Source: Spirochaetia bacterium | Lineage (GTDB): Bacteria; Spirochaetota; Spirochaetia; UBA9216 | Length of the DNA stretch: 64,000 nt | Assembly: GCA_963675665.1 (NCBI GenBank) | Contig: OY776510.1 | Location: 1,088,001 to 1,152,000 of the forward strand | Direction: 5' to 3' | Shown: positions 8,708 through 16,833 of the stretch, piece by piece | How positions within the stretch are numbered: position 1 is the first letter of the stretch | Layout of the letters: the number at the start of each line of letters is the position of its first letter | Position numbers and translations under genes: made by a program | Notes under the pieces: generated by a model | What the model saw: the letters and a program-made list of their open reading frames with translations, nothing else | What the model was told of the DNA's origin: nothing | Databases searched by the model: none

Positions 8708-11464
8708 TTAATTGTTCCAGGGCCAGAGGTCGAATATAGTCATGCCGCCGGCGGAAGCAATATAACAGTATTCACCGAGTACGCGGCATTCGTATATTGT
8801 TGAGCCGACCGAATATTCAGCTACTACCCGGGATGATGCCGGGTCGGAAATATCGAGAATAATCAGGTTTTTGTACTCGCCGTTGCCGATAAAAGCATAA
8901 TCTCCCTGAATGTCTACAGCCCGGACCGAAGATGACGCCGGAATGTAGGAGCCTTCTTCGGTTATATTGTCCGGGTTGCTTATATCCAGGATTAGGAGAC
9001 CGCTTGAATTGTCGGCTATAAAGGCAAAATCGTCCCGGACCACCAGGTCGTAGCTTGCGGCTGGCAGGGTTGATGTGCCGATAATAAACGGGGCGGTTGC
9101 AGTCGAAACATCAATAATCCTTAAATAATTATCGGAACAATATAGTAAACCGTCTGAAAAGTCTATTCCCTTCGGAGTGTCGGAAAGAGATAGGCCCCCG
9201 AGAAAATCCGGCTGATTCGGCGAAGAAATATCAATAACCCGAAGATAGGGGCTGTTGTAATTGAGGAGAAAAACAGTATCTCCGCGGGCGAAGACGTTGA
9301 CGGCGTTGCTTCCGTCGCCAATCGGATAAGACCCTGAAATAGCGGCTTCGGCAGGAATTCCGATATCGGCAATCTGCAGGCCGTTCATATTGTCCGCAAT
9401 GTACCCGTAATTTCCCTGTATCGTACATTTTGTCGCAGAATTGGGAGTATCGACAGTTTTCTTCCAGACAGGAGTCGTGTTTTCCGGATCGGCAACGTCG
9501 TATATTTTGATTCCGTAAGCTCCGTTTGACAGAACGGCGGTATCACCTTCCACGGCCACACCTGTAATTGCTGTGGAGGAAGCTGTAAATGACAGCAGCA
9601 AGGGCTCCCCGGGCTCCGCAATATTCACTGTCTGGACGCCTTCATCGCTGTCTGCGATGTAAGCATATGCTCCTGAGAGGGCCACGGCTGCGGCATACCC
9701 GTTTGAATGGTAGGATTTTACCAGCGACATTGCCGTGGGATTGGAAACATCAATAATATGCAGGCCGTTACCGGGACCGCCGTTCTGCCCTTCCGTTACG
9801 AAGGCGAATTTTCCGCGAACGGCTATTCCCTGGGAATTATTGGCAACAGGATTGAGAAAGTTATAAGACTCTACTGTTGCAGACAGATCTCCGGTTTTCG
9901 CAGTTATATCCACGTAACATATACCGCTTAAGTAATCGGCGAAAAAGGCGGAATTTCCGCTGACGGCCACATCGAAGGGGTGAGAGTCCGGAAGGTCGGC
10001 TCCCCCGGTTTTGGTAAATGAATCAATTTCCACTATTACAAATTCTTCCGAGGCCTGGCCGGAAGCTACATATAAATATGAATCGTCCGTTGTTATGCCG
10101 TAAAAAGCTCTCGGCAGTACAAGGCTTACAGGGGCTGGAACGGACGCGAGGTTGCTGATATCGAATTTCCAGATACCGTAATAATTAGCCGGAATATAAA
10201 CAAAATTACCGGAAACGACAAGATCCTTGCACTCGCCGTTTGAAGTGAAGGTATAGGAATAAGCAAGGTAGGGGGCCGCTGGAGCAGCTGTTATGGAATA
10301 TATCCGGAAAAAATTATACCCGCATACATACAGGTACGCATCATCGGAAAAAACGGCGGCCGGGGTATTCGGCATGGAAAGGTATCCGGAATAAACCGGT
10401 TTGTCGGGCTGTGATATATCGAAAATGCCGATTTTCTTTTTGGTTGATCCTTCGGCGGTATAAAGGTAATTACCCTGAACGGTAACGTCGGCGGAGTAAC
10501 TGGCCCCGGGAATACAAACAGGGAACGACAGCCGCTGATTGTCACGGGGAAAAAACGCGCGGGTTCCGCGTGCCGGGGCACTGAGTATGTCCCTCTGCTC
10601 AAAGGGGGCGACTGCATAATAATATTTTTCTCCCGGTTCAGTCTGGGTATCGAAATAAGAAGAAGCGCTGAGGGCCCCGCTGACCGGGTAAAAAGGACCG
10701 GTCCCGCTCATCATGGTCCGAAAGACCTGATACCTGTCGGTCCCGGGAATGGTTGACCATGACAAACGGATGCCGTCGTATTCTCCTTTTACTGCGGGGA
10801 TGAGGGTGTTTTCGGAAAGGGGGATACAGCTTATTTCCTCCGATATGTTGTTTTCGCCTGAGGATGATACTGACTCGAGCATAAATGTATACTGATAACC
10901 GTTTTTGAGTCCGGTAACGGTATAAGGCGAAACAGCTCCGGAATAAGAACTTCCGCTTACCAGTTCATGGATAATATACTCTTCCGAAAGGGTTACCTCA
11001 TCCCAGGCAAGTACAGCCTGTTTGTTCCCGGGAGCAAACAGGAAACTGGGAATATCGTTTCCTCCGTCGACCAGCGTTATAGATACCGCGGTGATATTGC
11101 CGTTCCAGTCTTCAGCTGTCAAGACTATGGTTACTGAACCGGAGAGATTGTCGGCAGGAAAACTGAAAGTAAATGTACCGTCGTCAGCCAATTCTACAGC
11201 GTCGGCAATGGAAGTGGAGAGAACCTCATATTGAAGAGTTGAAACTGCTCCTGAAGTTTCTTCCGAATCAGCGGTATCTGAAACCGAGCCCTCAACAACA
11301 ATTGTTGAAGCATAGAAAGCCCCTTCTTCCGGAGATTTAATGGTAATAACAGGAGAAATCATGTCTTTTACCTGAAGCAGCGACTCCTCAAGCATGGGTT
11401 TGGGGCATGATAAAATAAGGAAAACACCGAATATTATAAAAAAAAGATTATTATATTTTTTCAT
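8708..11464 (-). CDS. Surface lipoprotein with Ig/FnIII-like N-terminal domains and LVIVD beta-propeller repeats
   Basis: Lipobox LILSC; many repeats like VALSGAYAYIADSDEGVQTVNI and FAFIADNSSGLLILDISNP. Confidence 0.85.
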   Translation of the reverse strand: MKKYNNLFFIIFGVFLILSCPKPMLEESLLQVKDMISPVITIKSPEEGAFYASTIVVEGSVSDTADSEETSGAVSTLQYEVLSTSIADAVELADDGTFTFSFPADNLSGSVTIVLTAEDWNGNITAVSITLVDGGNDIPSFLFAPGNKQAVLAWDEVTLSEEYIIHELVSGSSYSGAVSPYTVTGLKNGYQYTFMLESVSSSGENNISEEISCIPLSENTLIPAVKGEYDGIRLSWSTIPGTDRYQVFRTMMSGTGPFYPVSGALSASSYFDTQTEPGEKYYYAVAPFEQRDILSAPARGTRAFFPRDNQRLSFPVCIPGASYSADVTVQGNYLYTAEGSTKKKIGIFDISQPDKPVYSGYLSMPNTPAAVFSDDAYLYVCGYNFFRIYSITAAPAAPYLAYSYTFTSNGECKDLVVSGNFVYIPANYYGIWKFDISNLASVPAPVSLVLPRAFYGITTDDSYLYVASGQASEEFVIVEIDSFTKTGGADLPDSHPFDVAVSGNSAFFADYLSGICYVDITAKTGDLSATVESYNFLNPVANNSQGIAVRGKFAFVTEGQNGGPGNGLHIIDVSNPTAMSLVKSYHSNGYAAAVALSGAYAYIADSDEGVQTVNIAEPGEPLLLSFTASSTAITGVAVEGDTAVLSNGAYGIKIYDVADPENTTPVWKKTVDTPNSATKCTIQGNYGYIADNMNGLQIADIGIPAEAAISGSYPIGDGSNAVNVFARGDTVFLLNYNSPYLRVIDISSPNQPDFLGGLSLSDTPKGIDFSDGLLYCSDNYLRIIDVSTATAPFIIGTSTLPAASYDLVVRDDFAFIADNSSGLLILDISNPDNITEEGSYIPASSSVRAVDIQGDYAFIGNGEYKNLIILDISDPASSRVVAEYSVGSTIYECRVLGEYCYIASAGGMTIFDLWPWNN

Positions 11465-11557
11465 TCTTTTTCAATCTTAATGTAACAAGATTATATCACG
11501 TCATATATTCTGTTTACAATGAAATGTTTTGATTCGTTTTCCGTTCCCGAAATTATC

Positions 11558-11585
11558 TTGACATAATTATAAAATAGGATATATT
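11558..11585 (+). promoter_or_regulatory. Sigma70-type promoter ahead of an approximately 200-nt leader
   Basis: TTGACA-16 bp-TATATT. Confidence 0.5.
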
Positions 11586-11788
11586 TAAACTGAATTTACA
11601 GCAGGCAAAGGAACCTTAATGCTAACAATGTCTGCTTATATCTTTTAGGTTAAAGTGGCTGATTAATCGGCAGTTTTTGTTTTTAAGGTATAAGTATGAG
11701 GTTGGTGCGGATCCATGGACCCTTTCCCTTCATCATTACAGCAGAAGAGCCCGGCAGCTATTTGTACCTTATTTTTAAGGAGAATAAA

Positions 11789-11989
11789 ATGGCAAGAAAA
11801 CTCTGGTTTGTTACGGACGGCGTCAGTCTTGTTGATGTTTTTATAAGGAAAAATGACGCTGAACGAGAGTATTTGAAATTTCAGGATGATCCTGATTTTG
11901 CCTACTATGAATATTACGGGCTGGATGTTGATGAACTTGAAGACTATCCCCAGGAATATGATCTGGCTCTTGAAGAAGGCTACATATAG
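11789..11989 (+). CDS. Small acidic, Tyr-rich hypothetical protein (66 aa)
   Basis: Strong AAGGAG RBS before ATG 11789; MARKLWFVTDG...LALEEGYI. Confidence 0.75.
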   Translation: MARKLWFVTDGVSLVDVFIRKNDAEREYLKFQDDPDFAYYEYYGLDVDELEDYPQEYDLALEEGYI

Positions 11990-12057
11990 GAAGCGTTCTG
12001 TTTAAAAGAGATTGCTGACTGATGGAGTTTTTCTTTTAACTGTTGTATTCTTATGAT

Positions 12058-13029
12058 ATGACCAAACTTGATCAGTTGGCTGCCCTGCTTAAGCAGGCCC
12101 CCGATGAAGTATTTATCCAGCCCCATAATGTTCCCGATCCTGATGCAATTGCTGCCGCTTTCGGTCTGCAGTATCTTCTTAAGGAAAAGGGAATAAATTC
12201 TGAAATTGTATATGAATATGAAATTGAAAAAGCCAACTCGTTAAAAATGCTTGAATTGTTCGGTGTTAAAATGAAACCGGCTTTTGAAGTCGAAACAATG
12301 GGAGAAGAAGACTGGACTGTTCTTATTGATGTGCAGAAACATAATTCGAACGTTACGGATCTTGTTACCGACGAAGTTGCGTGTATTGATCATCACGAAC
12401 TGAATGAAAAGGACGGCGGGTACCGATTCAGTGATCTGAGACCGGAAGTCGGCGCCTGCTCAAGTATAATCGCCGAATATTTTTTTGAAAACGGGATTGA
12501 AATTCCCAGAAATATTGCCACAACTCTCCTGTACGGAATATTTATGGATACTTCGGACCTCTCGCGGGGCGTTTCCGAGCTTGATATCAACATGTTCTAC
12601 CGCCTTTATCGACTATCCGATATATCGTTGATAACCGAATTGAAGGGAAATCAGATAAGCAAGGCTGATCTGGACGATTATGCCCGGGCCTTTCAATCCG
12701 TAGAGATATATGATGAAGCAGGTTTTCTTTACCTGGATAATTGTAACGATTCGCTGCTTGGCGCAGCAGGAGACATTGTTCTTTCTGTTGCGGGAGTGAA
12801 TATTGTCGTGGCCTATTCTCCGAGGCCCGAGGGGATAAAATTCTCCCTTCGCAGCATCAATCCCGGGGTCAGCGCTGAAGAGATGGTTAAATCTATCCTT
12901 GAGGGCAAAGGATTCGGCGGCGGTCACAAATCAATGGCGGGAGGATTTCTCCCCGCAAAGAATATTGAAGCCGACAGAAGTATTCATACCTTCGTCAGGC
13001 ATCGGGCAATCTCATTTCTGGAAAAATAA
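12058..13029 (+). CDS. DHH/DHHA1 phosphoesterase (NrnA-like)
   Basis: HNVPDPDA, IDHH, GIFMDT, SLRS and GGGHKSMAGG motifs. Confidence 0.9.
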   Translation: MTKLDQLAALLKQAPDEVFIQPHNVPDPDAIAAAFGLQYLLKEKGINSEIVYEYEIEKANSLKMLELFGVKMKPAFEVETMGEEDWTVLIDVQKHNSNVTDLVTDEVACIDHHELNEKDGGYRFSDLRPEVGACSSIIAEYFFENGIEIPRNIATTLLYGIFMDTSDLSRGVSELDINMFYRLYRLSDISLITELKGNQISKADLDDYARAFQSVEIYDEAGFLYLDNCNDSLLGAAGDIVLSVAGVNIVVAYSPRPEGIKFSLRSINPGVSAEEMVKSILEGKGFGGGHKSMAGGFLPAKNIEADRSIHTFVRHRAISFLEK

Positions 13030-13056
13030 ATCACGAAACTACTGTATACTGATCGA

Positions 13057-14037
13057 ATGAAAAACGAATTTAATGAAGAAAAACTGTTCCAATTAATTGA
13101 AATGAATCTTAAAAAACTGCCGGTACTTCTTTCAGCCGACGGGCTTCCTGCGGAGCCGGCAAGAATTTTTTACGGACGGGGTGCCTCGGACAGCGGATTT
13201 TTTGATTTCAATATGGATTTTTACCCTCCGTTACTGTACATAACTTTATATCGTGATTATTCGGATTCCATGATAGAAAAGCTTGTCGGGATTCTGAATA
13301 TAAAATTCAGGAACTGCCCGGTTCTGATTCAGGATCGTTCTATAAGACCGGCTGTAACTAGATTTCAGTCGGAAGATGTTTCTGATGAGATACTTATAAC
13401 CGAAAACGGTCTGAAGTATTATTTAAATCCCCTACGCGGGCAAAATCCCGGGTTCTTTATTGATATGCGAAGCGGCAGGAATCTGATACGAAAAACCGTG
13501 GGGCTGATGAAAAATGCAGGATCAAAGGACATAAATGTACTGAATCTGTTCTCGTATACATGTTCCTTTTCGGTGGCTGCTCTGGCGGAAGGAGCGGATA
13601 AGGTTGTCAATATTGATAAAAACAAACGCTCACTGGAAATAGGAAGAAAAAACCATATTCTGAACAGTGATGTAATCTCCGGCGGCTACCGAAACCAGGC
13701 CCGGTTTCTGCCGCATGATATATTCAAATCTATTGGAAAACTCAGGAGAGAAGGGCCTTATAATATAATTATAGCGGATCCCCCGCCCAGTCAGAAAGGA
13801 AGTTTTGTTATACAGAAGGACTATCCCCGGTTACTTAGAAGATTTCCTGAAATGTTAAGCCCGAAAGGGGTTTTATTTCTTTCCTGTAACGGTTCCGGCT
13901 GGAACTGGGAAGATTTTGAAAATATGGTAAGAAATTGTCTGCCCGGTTTTTCGACTATTGAAAGGGTTCAGCCTCCGGACGACTTCCTTCCGGAGGAAGA
14001 CGGCAGGGGGCTTAAGATTCTTATTGTCTCTGCATAA
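13057..14037 (+). CDS. Class I SAM-dependent methyltransferase (RlmI/RlmK-like)
   Basis: GQNPGFFIDMR, VLNLFSYTCSFSVAA, IIADPPP. Confidence 0.85.
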   Translation: MKNEFNEEKLFQLIEMNLKKLPVLLSADGLPAEPARIFYGRGASDSGFFDFNMDFYPPLLYITLYRDYSDSMIEKLVGILNIKFRNCPVLIQDRSIRPAVTRFQSEDVSDEILITENGLKYYLNPLRGQNPGFFIDMRSGRNLIRKTVGLMKNAGSKDINVLNLFSYTCSFSVAALAEGADKVVNIDKNKRSLEIGRKNHILNSDVISGGYRNQARFLPHDIFKSIGKLRREGPYNIIIADPPPSQKGSFVIQKDYPRLLRRFPEMLSPKGVLFLSCNGSGWNWEDFENMVRNCLPGFSTIERVQPPDDFLPEEDGRGLKILIVSA

Positions 14038-14043
14038 TAATTG

Positions 14044-15093
14044 TTAAAGTTTGCCGGATACGCCTGCATCTTCAAATGAAGACATTTCTCTTAAAAAAGC
14101 GCATGCGTTTTCAATTACATGCATTGCAAGGGCAGCGCCTGTTCCTTCTCCGAGCCGCAGGTTAAAGTCTACAATCGGACGCAGGCGCAGTATTTCCAGA
14201 GCGACTTTATGGCCTTTTTCAACCGAATTATGCCCGGCAAATGCAAAATCGATAACAGCCGGGTTCAGCCGGGCTGCTATCAAAGCCGCTGAAGTGGAAA
14301 TAAGCCCGTCAAATACAACAGCTACCCCGTTTTCAGCAGCCGCGAGAGCAGCGCCCGCCATTCCGGCAATCTCAAGTCCGCCGATCTTCCTGAGTATGTC
14401 GATTCCGTTGTTTGCGTCGGGTTTATGGTACTCCAAAGCCTTTTGGATAACCGCCGCTTTATGTTCCAGTCCCTTTTTATCCAGTCCGGTACCGTGTCCT
14501 ACAATGTTTTCGGCCGACAGTCCGGATATTGCAGCTATAATTGCCGAAGCGGAAGTTGTATTGCCTATTCCCATTTCTCCAAGGCCGATAATCTGCAGAT
14601 TATGTTTTTTATGCATAACGAAAAATGCGTCCATTCCGGCCTGAAGGGCCCCGTAAACCTCTTCTTCAGTCATTGCCGGTTCGACGGCAAAATTGCGTGT
14701 TCCCTTGCGTATTTTTTTATCTATAAGATTTTTATCTGCCGTAAAATCGTGATTTACACCGATATCAACAACGGCCATTTCGATGTTTCCCGTTCGGCAG
14801 AACACATTTATAGCCGCCCCTCCGTTAAGAAAATTCAATACCATCTGCGGGGTTACGTCGGCAGGGTAGGCTGAAATCCCTTCTGCTGTAATTCCGTGAT
14901 CCGCTGCAAATACGATGATGCCTTTTCTTTCTACGGCCGGAACAAGGCTGTGCTGAATCAGCCCCATTTTAAGCGCAAGCTCTTCAAGAATGCCGAGAGA
15001 ACCGACGGGTTTGGTCTTTTTGTCGATTTTATACTGCAACTCCGGCTGCAGGCTCTTGTCAGTCGGTTTGATGTTCACTGTAATCTGTCTCAT
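14044..15093 (-). CDS. cobT: Nicotinate-nucleotide--dimethylbenzimidazole phosphoribosyltransferase
   Basis: KTKPVGSLG, FAADHG, GEMGIGNTTSAS, LRLGEGTGA; AAGGAG RBS before ATG 15093. Confidence 0.95.
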   Translation of the reverse strand: MRQITVNIKPTDKSLQPELQYKIDKKTKPVGSLGILEELALKMGLIQHSLVPAVERKGIIVFAADHGITAEGISAYPADVTPQMVLNFLNGGAAINVFCRTGNIEMAVVDIGVNHDFTADKNLIDKKIRKGTRNFAVEPAMTEEEVYGALQAGMDAFFVMHKKHNLQIIGLGEMGIGNTTSASAIIAAISGLSAENIVGHGTGLDKKGLEHKAAVIQKALEYHKPDANNGIDILRKIGGLEIAGMAGAALAAAENGVAVVFDGLISTSAALIAARLNPAVIDFAFAGHNSVEKGHKVALEILRLRPIVDFNLRLGEGTGAALAMHVIENACAFLREMSSFEDAGVSGKL

Positions 15094-15145
15094 GTTTCTC
15101 TTTTCTCCTTTTACCTCGGTGTGCTTTAACCCCGAGCGGGGCAGC

Positions 15146-15186
15146 AAAAAAAAGTCCTTCGCAGATCAAATCTACGAAGGACTTTT
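15146..15186 (-). terminator. Attenuator terminator of the B12 riboswitch
   Basis: Minus strand AAGTCCTTCGTAGAT-TTG-ATCTGCGAAGGACTT plus U-run, between the aptamer and the cobT start. Confidence 0.85.
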
Positions 15187-15210
15187 CCATCACCCTGGTA
15201 TTTAAAAACT

Positions 15211-15378
15211 TGCAAGGCAGGTCTCCTGGCTTGTGAATCATCGCGTATAAAACACCTTCCCGTAATCCTTAAAGACCACAGTGGCATACGTTTTAACGCT
15301 CCTCCAGTACAGTGGCGGGACCGCGCCGTTTTTCGGCTTCCCTATTCTCCCTGAACTTTTTCAGGGCACCTTGCTGTC
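15211..15378 (-). ncRNA. Cobalamin (AdoCbl) riboswitch
   Basis: Minus strand AAGGTGCC...AATAGGGAAGCCG...GCGGTCCCGCCACTGT...GCCACTG...GGGAAGG...AAGCCAGGAGACCTGCC (B12 box), upstream of cobT. Confidence 0.95.
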
Positions 15379-15515
15379 GTATTAATTTCAAAAAACCGAA
15401 TTAATATTTATCATCGACAGTCCTGTTAGTCAAGGCAGGAACACAATTAATCAGTCTAAAAACCGGGAAACGGCATGTTGACTAAGAGGTAGGTAACTGG
15501 TAAAAACAGGGTCTG

Positions 15516-15992
15516 ATGATAAACGTTTTATTTGTCTGTATGGGAAATATCTGCCGCAGTCCTTCAGGTGAAGGCGTGTTTGCAAAGCTTGTAGATAATG
15601 CAGGGCTGTCCGATCAGTTTAATATAGATTCCGCGGGAACAAGCGCCTATCATATCGGCGAACCTGCCGATACAAGAATGAGAAATCATGCAGCAAAGCG
15701 CGGTTTACAGCTTACCTCGAAATCAAGGAAATTTACCCGATCCGACCTGGAGGAATTTGATTACATCCTTGCCATGGATTATGAGAATTACCGGGACATA
15801 CTCGGTTATGATCGGCAAGGCACTTGTAGAGACAAGGTGTATATGATGAACGATTTTTCCGAAACAGATAAAGGCGCAGATGTTCCGGATCCTTATTACA
15901 AAGGGCCTGCCGGGTTCGAAATTGTTCTGGATATGCTGGAAGAAAGTTGCCGGGGACTGCTTGAACATATTAGAATAAAGCATGGATTTTAA
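15516..15992 (+). CDS. Low-molecular-weight protein-tyrosine phosphatase
   Basis: VLFVCMGNICRS P-loop and DVPDPYY. Confidence 0.93.
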   Translation: MINVLFVCMGNICRSPSGEGVFAKLVDNAGLSDQFNIDSAGTSAYHIGEPADTRMRNHAAKRGLQLTSKSRKFTRSDLEEFDYILAMDYENYRDILGYDRQGTCRDKVYMMNDFSETDKGADVPDPYYKGPAGFEIVLDMLEESCRGLLEHIRIKHGF

Positions 15993-16803
15993 AAGAGTTA
16001 TAAAAGAAAAGATTCTCAGCGCTAACCCTCTCGGCGGCGGAGATATCGGCAGCAGCTACAGGGTAAAAACAGATAGCCGGGAATATTTTATAAAGCGCTA
16101 TTCGTTTGCAGGCACCGCGGAAGCCGAGGCCCTTGGACTGAAGGCCATGGCGGAATCAGGTGCTGTAACCGTTCCTGAAGTATTAAATTATGATGATCAT
16201 TTTCTTGTGCTCGGTTATATTTCCCAGGGCCCCAGGAGCAGGGATTTTCAGAAAAAACTGGGCCGGCAACTTGCTTTGATGCACCGGCGTTCTTCGGCTG
16301 AGAGGTTCGGATTTTATCAGGACAATTTCATCGGTTCCACACCGCAGAAAAACGAATGGAAAGACAGCTGGACGGAGTTTTTTACAGAAAACAGAATAGA
16401 ATACCAGGTTAAGCATAGCGGGAACCGTGATCTGATTGAATGCTGGCGCAGATTGAAGCCGAATGTTCCCGGTATTCTTTCCGAGACCGAAGAGCCCCCT
16501 TGTCTTATTCATGGAGATCTGTGGGGCGGCAATGTGATCAGCAATCCGGATGGAGATCCTGTTTTAATAGATCCGGCAGCTTATTACGGGCACAGGGAAA
16601 TGGAGCTGAGTATGACTCAGCTCTTCGGTGGTTTTTCATCAGATTTCTACAGTTCCTATGACGCTGAATTCCCGCTTAAACCAGGATGGCGCGGTCGTAT
16701 GGATTTATATAAGCTGTACCACGTTCTTAATCACTGCAATATGTTCGGCGGGGGTTATTGCAGTCAGGCCGCGAGCCTGATGAAAAAATATCAGGCATTA
16801 TGA
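15982..16803 (+). CDS. Fructosamine/ribulosamine 3-kinase family protein
   Basis: LGGGDI, FGFYQDNFIGSTPQKN, LIHGDLWGGN, IDPAAYYGHREMEL; overlaps the phosphatase gene by 11 nt. Confidence 0.92.
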   Translation: MDFKRVIKEKILSANPLGGGDIGSSYRVKTDSREYFIKRYSFAGTAEAEALGLKAMAESGAVTVPEVLNYDDHFLVLGYISQGPRSRDFQKKLGRQLALMHRRSSAERFGFYQDNFIGSTPQKNEWKDSWTEFFTENRIEYQVKHSGNRDLIECWRRLKPNVPGILSETEEPPCLIHGDLWGGNVISNPDGDPVLIDPAAYYGHREMELSMTQLFGGFSSDFYSSYDAEFPLKPGWRGRMDLYKLYHVLNHCNMFGGGYCSQAASLMKKYQAL

Positions 16804-16833
16804 TCAGTCGCAGCGGCCCGACCGCTCCGGATA

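Noticed and set aside
11596-11760. Assignment of the leader to c-di-GMP-I or guanidine-I riboswitch classes
   Set aside because: Only fragments (GGCAAA, AGCCCGG) match and the core motifs are missing; kept as an unclassified candidate
12017-12060. GATGGAGTT resembling a fluoride riboswitch
   Set aside because: No P1 partner and no downstream GACTCC pseudoknot strand; the downstream gene is unrelated
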